DNA from: the human T2T-CHM13v2.0 reference genome, Homo sapiens
Length of the DNA: 64,000 nucleotides
NCBI RefSeq assembly: GCF_009914755.1
Contig: NC_060927.1
Strand: one strand, 5' to 3'
The notes below the pieces were generated by a model. The model saw only the letters and a program-made list of their open reading frames with translations, was not told where the DNA came from and made no database searches. Position 1 is the stretch's first letter, and each line of letters opens with the position of its first letter. Positions 55,245 through 64,000 of this stretch are shown here, one piece after another. The translations under genes were made by a program, and so were the position numbers.

Positions 55245-56189
55245 AGTTAGAGACAGATGTTTTGTGGCATTGGTTTCATAACTTTATTATCCTTTGTTAA
55301 ATCACCATTCTCAATTAGTGAATGACAGTTATTGGGTGCATTATGAAAAAATACCCGGGTGTTCTATGCCAAATTTTAACCAGAATTCTACATGCTAATT
55401 TGTTTAGAAAAAAATGAATACATGTGAATGAATTTTGAGTTAGGGAATATAAATGATAACTGGATGGCATTTTACAGAATCCTTGGGTGTCCCAGTTATT
55501 TAGAACAGTGAGTCCTACACTGAAAACAATAGGAAAACACTCTTATAAGCCATACCTTCATTTTGCCAATTAAATTTTATTATTAAATAATTTTTTCCTA
55601 TGTTTTCTAAAAGAGATAAGACTGAATGAAACAATCATCCTAAAGAGAAAAGCTAGAATTGTGTAGTGGCATCAGGCTTACTAGTAACTCTAAATACTAC
55701 TATGTCGTGGCGATTAACCTGTTTATAGAGGATCCTATCTTTTGTTCAAGACTTATCAGGAGTTGGTTCTAACATTCAGTTAGTTTGCCCTGAAATATTG
55801 AATTCATGCTCAGAGCAGTGAGAAAAGAGTGTATTCAAATAAGTTGAAAGAGAAAACATTTAGTGTTTTGTTTTGTTTGTTTGTTTGTTTTGCTTTTTTA
55901 GAAAACATTAAAGAATCAGGAATCCTCCTAAGGGAGAGTACCTTAAGAGTTGGTTGCTATCCTTGCTGGATATCTTGGCTTTAACACTAATAAGTGGGTA
56001 ACCTTTTCAAACAGATAATGTAGAAAATCAGATAGAATGTGTGTCTCCTGACTTCAGTGATTGAAGATTCTCTCTGCCCTAAGGAACTAAGGGAAATCGT
56101 AACTTTTCTGAGACCAAAAACACAAAGAGACAATAATACTTAAAATTAATTTCACCAGTGCCTTGTTAACTGATGTATCATATGCATGG

Positions 56190-57310
56190 ATTTTTCTTTT
56201 TTTCTTTTTTTTTTTTGACTTTTATTTTAGGTTCGGGGGTACATGTGAAGGTTTGTTACATAGGTAAACTCATGTCCTGGGGGTTCGTTGTACAGATTAT
56301 TTCATCCCCCAGGTAGCGCCCAGTAGTCAGTAGTTATCTTTTCTGCTCCTCTCCCTCTTCCCATCGTCCTCAAGTAGACCCCAATGCCTGTTGTTTCCTT
56401 CTTTGTGTTTGTAAGTTCTCATCATTTATCTCACACTCATAAGTGAGAACATGTGGTATTTGGATTTCTGTTCCTGCCTTAGCTTGCTAAGGATAGTAGC
56501 CTCCAGCTCCATCCATGTTCCTGTCAAAGACATGATCTTGTTCTTTTTTATGGCTGCATAGTAATCCACGGTGTATCTGTACCACACTTTCTTTATCCAG
56601 TCTGTTACTGATGGGCATTTAAGTTGATTCCATGTCTCTGCTATTGTGAGTAGTGCTGCAATGAACATTCTCATGCATGCGTCTTTATGGTAGAACGATT
56701 TATATTCTTCTGGGTATATACCCAGTAATGGAATTGCTGGGTTGAATGATAGTTCTGTTTTTGGCTTTTTGAGGAATCGCCATCCCATACTGCTTTCCAC
56801 AATGGTTGAAATAATTTACAGTCCCACCAACAGTGTATAAGTGTTCCCTTTTCTCTGTAACCTCACCGATATCTGTTATTTTTGACTTTTTAATAATAGC
56901 CATTCTGCCTGGTATGAGATGATATCTCAATATGGTTTTGATTTGCATTTCTCTAATGCTCAGTATATTGAGCTTTTTTTTCATATGCTTGTTAACCATA
57001 TGTATATCTTCTTTTGAGAGTGTCTATTCATGTTCTTTGCCCACTTTTTAATGGGGTTGTTTTTGTCTTGTAAATTTAAGTTCCTTATAGCTGCCAGATA
57101 TTAGATTTTTGTCAGACTTACAGTTGGCAAATATTTTCTCCCATTCTGTAGGTTGTCTGTTTACTTTGTTGGTAGCTTCTTTTGCTGTGCAGAAGCTATT
57201 GTTTTATTAGATTCCACTTCTCAATTTTTGCTTTTGTTGTGATTGGTTTCCGTGTCTTTGTCATGAAATCTTTGCCCGTTCCTATGTCCAGGATGGTGTT
57301 GCCTAAGTTT
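56190..57310 (-). mobile_element. L1PA13/14-like 3' end
   Basis: ggggtacatgtgaaggtttgttacataggtaaact...tgtacagattatttcat 3'UTR; ORF2 C-terminal ORFs at 56426-56999. Confidence 0.9.
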
Positions 57311-57864
57311 TAGCTCTATTCATAACTACCTTAGTTCATTGTGATAGAGGCCCTTTTCAGAACTGATAGACACAGTTTCATTAAACCATTTTCATTCTGA
57401 TAATTACCCCTTTAATTCTTGGCCCAGGCATTGACTAAGATTATCAAATGCTTTATCAAATATGGCATACAGAGGGAATGGCCCCAGCATTCTCTATATG
57501 AGGACAGAAAATCACTTCCCCCCACTTTCCATTAGGAAAATGGAACGCACACGACGTGAACATGTTTGGTCTCCGCAGTGGGAAATGTGACATATCATAT
57601 GACATAAGGAAGGTGACAAGAGATAACAGATCCTTATAATACTAATTCTCCAAAGAGAGACAGTACAAATGTCAATGCATTTAGAAATCTCTCCTTTAAC
57701 GGGTGTAATATAATTTAGTGATTAAGATTGTAAGAATAATGCTCTGAGGATTGAAATAATTGGAGATAGGAGGAAAACAGAAAAGTGGAGGAGATGGAAG
57801 GTTGAAGGGAAATGTAAGAAGAGAGAGATTGCCTTGACATTGCTAAACTTTGGGAGCGTTTTTC

Positions 57865-58150
57865 TGACCTACCTGTTCTGTTCCAGGGTGTGCAGTAGTG
57901 ACACTGGGAAACTGATCATTTTGATTTCTGCTTTCTAGTAGAATCAGCTCCAAGACAAAAGTATGTATACATTTTCTTCCCAATGATTAACAGAGTTAAT
58001 TAGTACCACTAGATGTTAGAGACCCACTGGTGCTTCTTAGATCCTTGTAACCAGGCCTCCATTGGTTTCTCTTGGGAACCAGATCTATGAGTCATATTAA
58101 TTTTCTCAAGAGAAAAAATATCAGAAGAGTTACTTGGTGATGGAAAGTAA
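57865..58150 (-). promoter_or_regulatory. Putative OR promoter and first exon, copy 2 (homologous to 48090-48370)
   Basis: Donor cag|GTaggt at 57873/57872; TTAATTAG 57996-58003; TCTCTTGGGA 58068-58077; TGAGTCA 58088-58094; TCTCAAGAGA 58104-58113. Confidence 0.6.
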
Positions 58151-58629
58151 GGAAAAAAAGAAAAATGCAGGAAATATGTTCCCTCTAGGACAGGAAAGTG
58201 ATACCATGAGCTTACTTAGATTAACTGAGTTGAGGGAAACTAAGACGTCATCCACCATTGTTGAAGATGCCCTCATTCATGGTGTGGGGGTCAGTGAGCT
58301 TAATGTGTGTCAAGATATTCTTTTAGAAACAAGGAAGAGAGCTTTAATGCAATGGTGATATTCGTATAACTATTCTTGATTTCTTCCCATTCAACACTTT
58401 TTTTTTTACTTCATTGGATAGGGATGACTGAAACCAACACTTTTATCATCTGTTAACTATTCCAAAATTTATCATTCAACACTGAAAATGTGTTGTATAA
58501 ATGAATGAATGTATGTCTTCGTGTAACCATTCTTTCCTTAAAACATACCGAGTTCTGACTAAATATAAGGGACATGGAGCCATGCTTAACTGTTGAGCAA
58601 AATAAAAGGGCTCAAAAGTGTTTCTCTAG

Positions 58630-58842
58630 ATCTGGAGGTGGTAAATTTGACTCATGGGACAAATCTTTTGTAAATAAAGTTTCACTGGAACCCAGTCACA
58701 CTCATTTGTTTCTGTATTGTCTGTTGACAGTTTTTATGCTACAATAAGAGTTGAGTAGTTATGACAGACACTCTAGGGCCTGTAGAGCCTATAATATTTA
58801 CTTTTGGCCTTTTACGGAAGAAGTTTACTGACCTTATCCTAG
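58630..58842 (+). mobile_element. MER58 (hAT-Charlie)
   Basis: ttgtaaataaagtttcactggaacccagtcacactcatttgttt...gagttgagtagttatgacagac...gaagaagtttactgacc. Confidence 0.85.
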
Positions 58843-59003
58843 ATCAAGGAAGTTTGGCAGAGGAAGAGGGTATGGTAGAAGCACCATCCATATCTATCTT
58901 CATCATCTTCATATATAGTTGGGAGTAAAGATGCAGATGAAAGTTGAGAAGGTAAGGTTCTTGAAGTCCTGTAAACCCTGCCTCCAGACACATTGTCTGG
59001 AAT

Positions 59004-59180
59004 CAGGATGTCTACATGATTGCAGGGCTAATGTAAACTGAATTTGTGAGGACTTCGGTTAAAAAAATTGTTAAGAATTTCAAGGCAGAAACAGCAGAGC
59101 ATTAAAAAAAGTGTAGGATCCTTTTAAGTGTGGGATCTTGTTCAACTGCACAGGACACACACTTGTGAAGCTGATGTTGT
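59004..59180 (-). mobile_element. MER45A-like (hAT) element
   Basis: ttgttaagaatttcaaggcagaaacagcagagcattaa...aactgcacagg; orientation uncertain. Confidence 0.7.
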
Positions 59181-59231
59181 CTGCAATAATGCTAAGAATC
59201 TTAAAGTGTTGAATTAGAAGTTAATACAACT

Positions 59232-59326
59232 GGGCAAACCGCTCGGGTCCCCTTCCACACTGTGGAAGCTTTGTTCTTTCACTCTTCACAATAAATCTTG
59301 CTGCTGCTCAAAAAAAAAAAAAAAAC
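59232..59326 (+). mobile_element. Processed retrocopy of the LTR12 (ERV9) R region
   Basis: ggcaaaccgctcgggtccccttccacactgtggaagctttgttctttc...AATAAAtcttgctgctgctc + A16 + c; TSD agttaatacaact at 59219-59231 and 59327-59339. Confidence 0.9.
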
Positions 59327-59974
59327 AGTTAATACAACTCTGAGCACTCAGTACATAAAGTTTCCTTTCCAGTTGCTGAAGGAATTTATAGTGGCCCGTA
59401 CCCTGTACATTAACACATGAATGAGAGAAATGAGTGCATGAATATTTTGAACAGTGTGACTTAAGTGAGGTACGAACCTCAAAAAGACGTTTTTTAAAAA
59501 TTTTAAATTTTAACTGCTATATTTCTTTTTGATAACAAGTTATATATCTTTATGGTGTGTAATGTGATGTTTTGATACATATGTATATTTATCGTGAAAC
59601 AGTGACCACCATCAAGCTAATTAACGTAATTCATCATCTGACATAATTATCTTAGTCATTGCTTTGCAGAGTATGAGTGTCTGTTTCCTCACAGGCTCAT
59701 CCATGATATATTATTATTTATGAAAACACAATAGCAATGCTATATTTTAAAATTTACATTTCTTTGATAAAAAGTGAGTTTGAATATTCTTCATATGTTT
59801 ATTTTTTATTTGGATTTCTTGTTTTGTCCATAGTCTTTTTATGCTTATTTTAAATTTGGTTTAAATTATATTTAAAAACCATTTTCCCACATTTGTTTTT
59901 ACTTTAATGAATTAATTCTTCTGTATAATTTTTTTAATCTGAAAATGTCAGCTTTTTTGTTTCTCATTTTTAAA

Positions 59975-60861
59975 AATTATTTTTTAATTGACAAAAATTA
60001 TATATATTTGTGGAATACAGTGTGATGTTTTAATATATGTGTATGTTGTTGAATGAATAAATCAAGTTAATTAACACATATATTACCTCATATTAACATT
60101 TATAATATACTGTATTAGCAATTTTCAAGCATACAATACATTATTAATTACAGTCAACATGTCGTATATTGGGTCCCCTGAATGTAATCCTACTAATTGA
60201 ATTATTTTTCCTTTTATTAACAATGTCCCATTTCCTCATCCTCTCCCTGCCAGATAACCCTAGTAACCATCATACTATTCTCTGCTTCTATGAGTTCAGA
60301 TTTTTTAGATTCTAAGTGAGATCATGCAATATTTGTCTTTCTGTGTCTAGCTTATTTCACTTAGCTTAATGTCCTCTAGGTTCATCCACGTTGTCTCAAA
60401 TGACAGAATTTCCTACTGTTTTTAAGGCTGAATAATTTTCCATATCACATTTCATTTATCCATTCATCTGTCTATGAACAGTTAGGTTGATTCTATATCT
60501 TGGCCATTGTGAACATGCTGCAATAACATAGGAGTGCAGATATCCCTTTGACATATTGATTTCAATTCCTTTGGCTATATACCCAGAAGTAGGATTCTTG
60601 GATCATGTGATAGTTCTATTTTTAATTTGTACATGATACAAGGGTTCCCTTTTCTATCATCCTCTCTGATAGTTGCTATCTTTCATCTTTTTGATAAGAG
60701 CCATTCTAACAGGTTTGAGGGGACATCTCATTTTGGTTTTAATTAGTACTTCCCTGACAAATAGTGATGTTGAGCATTTTTTGATGTATCTGTGGCCCTT
60801 TGTATGTTGTCTCCTGAGAAATGTCTATTCCTGTCCTCTGCCGATTTTTAAATAATTTATT

Positions 60862-60904
<43 letters not shown>

Positions 60905-62480
60905 TTTTACTTTTGACATATTTGTGTTACTTGTATATTCTGGATATCAATCCCCAGTTGGATGAGTAGTTTGCAAATATTTCTCCCATTCAAGAGGTTA
61001 TCTTTTTCACTCTATTGATCGTTTCTTTTGTTGTTAGAAATTTTTTAATTTGACATAGTCTCATCTGTCTATTTTTTCTTTTTTTGCCTGTGCTTTTAGA
61101 GTCATATCAGAAAAATGATGGCCCAAACCAATGTCAGGAAGAATATTTTCTATGTTTTGTTCTAATAGTTATACCATTTCATGTTTTAAATTTGTATTTA
61201 ATCCATTTCCAGTTGAATTTTGCATATGGTATGAAATCAGGATTCAACTGCATTCTTCTGCATGTGGATATATAGTTTTTCCAGCATCATTTATTGAAGA
61301 GATTGTCTTTTCCCCATTGTCTTCTTGACATTGTTGTTGAAAATCAATTGAATGTAAATGTGTGGACTTATTTCTGTGCTCTTTATTCCATTCCATAGGT
61401 TTATCTATGTGTTTTTATGACAGTATCATGTTGCTTTGATCACTATAGCTTTGTAGTAGATTTTGAAATAAGGTAGTGTGATGCTTCCAGTGTTGTTCAT
61501 CTTGCTCAAGATTGCTTTAGCTATTCACAGTCTTTTGTGGTTTCATGCATATTTTAGAATTTTTTTTTTTATTTCTGTCAAAAATACCTTTGGGATTTTG
61601 AAGAGATTGCAATAAATGCATTAGATCTATAAATTGCTTTAAGTAGTGAGGACATCTTAACAATATTACTTTTTCTAATCTATTAACATGAGATAGCTTT
61701 CTATTTATATGTGTCTTATTCAACTTCTTTTTTCAATGTTTTATAGTTTTTAGTGTACAGATGTTTGGTAAAATTTATTCCTAAGTATTTTATTTTTTGG
61801 ATTCTATTGTTAGTGGTATTGTTTTCTTAACTTCTTTCTCTGTTAAGTCCTTATTAGTGTATAGAGACACTACTGATTTTTGTATGTTGATTTTGTATTC
61901 TGCAACTTCACTGAATTTACTAGCTCTGTAGTTTTTTTTTTTTTTTTTTTTGCTGAAGTTTTAAGGGGTTTCTACATATAAGATTATGTTATCTGTAAAC
62001 AGAAAAGTTTGCTTCTATCTTTCCAATTTGGGTGTTTTTATTTTTATTTTGTCTAATTGTCCTGGCTAGGACTTTTAGTACTATATGGAATAGAAATAGC
62101 AAGAGTGGGAACCTTTATATTATTTCTGACCTTAGAGGAAAAGCTTTCATTTTTTTTACCATTGTGATGATTTTACTATTATGATGTTAGCTGTGGGCTT
62201 GTTATATATGGCCTTTATTGTGTTGCGGTACATTCCTTCTATTCCTAATTTGTTTTATCTGATGTCTTATTATGAAAGAATGTTTACTTTTGTTAATGCT
62301 TTTTCTGCATCTATTGAGATGATAATATGATTTTTATTTTTTATTCTGTTAGTGTGGCATATCACATTTATTGATTTCCATATTTTGAACCATTCTTGCA
62401 TCTCAGAGATAAATTCTACTCGATTATGTTGTATGACCCCTTTAACGTGCTGTCGAAGCTGGTTTGCTGTTATCTTGTTG
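59975..62480 (-). mobile_element. L1MA-type 3'UTR and ORF2 fragment with an internal (TTTA)n at 60857-60908
   Basis: Antisense L1MA 3'UTR (attctctgcttctatgagttcaga, gtgagatcatgcaatatttgtctttctgtg) and decayed ORF2. Confidence 0.85.
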
Positions 62481-63619
62481 AGTATGTAGTTTTGTCATTT
62501 ACATTGTCTATTCAAACTGACAGCTTGAATGTTGTGGTTATTAATATGATTTATAATATTCTTCATATTTAATAGGTATCAGTGGCTTGTCACACATGAA
62601 GCATACATATTTTTCCCACTTTGTCTTTATTTTTGTTTTTGAAAATTTAAATTCAATATGGTAAAATTTAGACTTTTTTCATGGTTTCTGCTTTTGCTTC
62701 CTTGCTTAAAGTTGCATACCTCATGCCATAATTATATACATTTTGCCTACATTTTTACAAGTTATTTTATGGTATAATTTTGAAATAGTTCAATCCAAAA
62801 ATATTTATAAATGTACATATTCAATTTCTATGTGTCTAAAAATCCAACTTGTTGTTTGTTTTTCAAAAAGTATTTTATTCCCTCCACAGTATGTGGATCT
62901 ATTTACCTCTCTTTTGAAAATATGCCTTTATTACCAGACAAAACTTAGATTAGTTTCTGGGCTTTTTTTAAAAAAAACTATTCTAATCTTTTTTTTTTAT
63001 TGTGAATAATTTAAGGAATCATTGATTAGTGTACATTCAACAGCACAGACTTCCTACCGCAACTCCTTCCTGATTGCTAATTGATTAGTTTCTAGATCTG
63101 ATATGTCATTGATTTCCTCCATTGCATTCCATATGGGTTAACTTTTGTATTTTGTGTGTTTAAGAAAAGCATAAATAGAGATCAACCCAGCACTTTGCTG
63201 AGAATTGTCAAATGAATTTAGTGTAATATTGGTTCTCACAATTAGTTTTTCTGTGTGGGTCAGTTTTCTAATTTCTGCACAACTATGGATTGCTGCTTAA
63301 AACGGATATTGATTAATTACACAGGGGTCAGCTTAAGATGGGATGTAATTGATCCAATAGCCAGAAGAAAACAGGAAGAAACAAATGTACACTTCTTATT
63401 TATGTTTCTTATCTTACTGTATACTCCAAGCATAGTATTAATGAGCAGAGTTGAGAACCTGACTCAGCCACTTATGCTTGCACAATAGGCTCTTGAATAA
63501 AGTAGTGATAAGTGTCAAGTATTAAGGTTTTGCATGGGTAATTCATCATGATCTCTTATCATTAAGGCAGTTCTAGCTACAGCCTCTGTTGAATGTTTGA
63601 CCTTTCAGAAACAGTCATA

Positions 63620-63990
63620 GATGTTCAGCCCTTGACATGATTGAGGCATTCAATTGGCAACGTAATGGCACATTGTTTACCCTCTCTACAGTGGAAGAAT
63701 AGCAATTTGTTCTTACTGGGATAAATGTGTTTTCCACCTGTGGCTTTGACTCTCCTGCCATCAATGCCTTGGCCATTAAACTATCCAAAGATGCATAGAA
63801 TGCCTAATGTTCTTTGTAACACACCTTAGGACAAAGGAATATATTTTGTAGCAGAGAAGGTACAATAATATGCATACAACCAAATGATCCACTGGTGCTA
63901 TAATACACTATATTAAACAGAATCTATCAGTCTGATAGAACATTAAAAGATATTTCTTTTAAAGGTGGATATAAAGGTGCAACTAAGTGC
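63620..63990 (+). mobile_element. Decayed ERVL pol (integrase core) fragment
   Basis: Remnants read QFVLTGIN.FSTCGF.SPA, DKGIYFVAEKVQ, IHW and LIE, matching the ERVL integrase pattern FVLTGIDTYSGYGFAFPA...SDQGTHF...HGIHW...GLIER. Confidence 0.7.
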
Positions 63991-64000
63991 CAATTTAGGG

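Overview
This is primate (almost certainly human) subtelomeric segmental-duplication DNA: AT-rich, dominated by interspersed repeats, and not prokaryotic. It carries a minus-strand olfactory receptor mini-cluster. One member is an intact OR4F4/OR4F5/OR4F17-type gene (35457-36374, closest to OR4F17) with visible upstream exons that add an MKK N-terminus; the other two are disrupted OR4G-type pseudogenes (41853-42790, 52349-53263). A processed WBP1L pseudogene lies near the left end. Most of the rest is L1 of many ages (three copies with twin-priming 5' inversions), Alu, L2, MIR, Tigger5/MER47, MER58, MER45, an LTR22 solo LTR, an ERVL integrase relic and simple repeats. I found no evidence for a new multi-gene biological system. 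The strongest unexplained signals are (1) an AluY whose substitutions are almost all A/T->G/C with no CpG>TpG decay, suggesting GC-biased gene conversion; (2) a duplicated ~300-bp promoter-like module (homeodomain, O/E and AP-1 sites with conserved spacing) upstream of both OR4G pseudogenes; (3) a polyadenylated, TSD-flanked 95-bp retrocopy of the LTR12 R region; and (4) parallel loss of the ancestral ATG in two adjacent OR genes, rescued by splicing in only one. Repeat subfamily and paralog names come from recalled consensus sequences and need RepeatMasker/BLAST confirmation.
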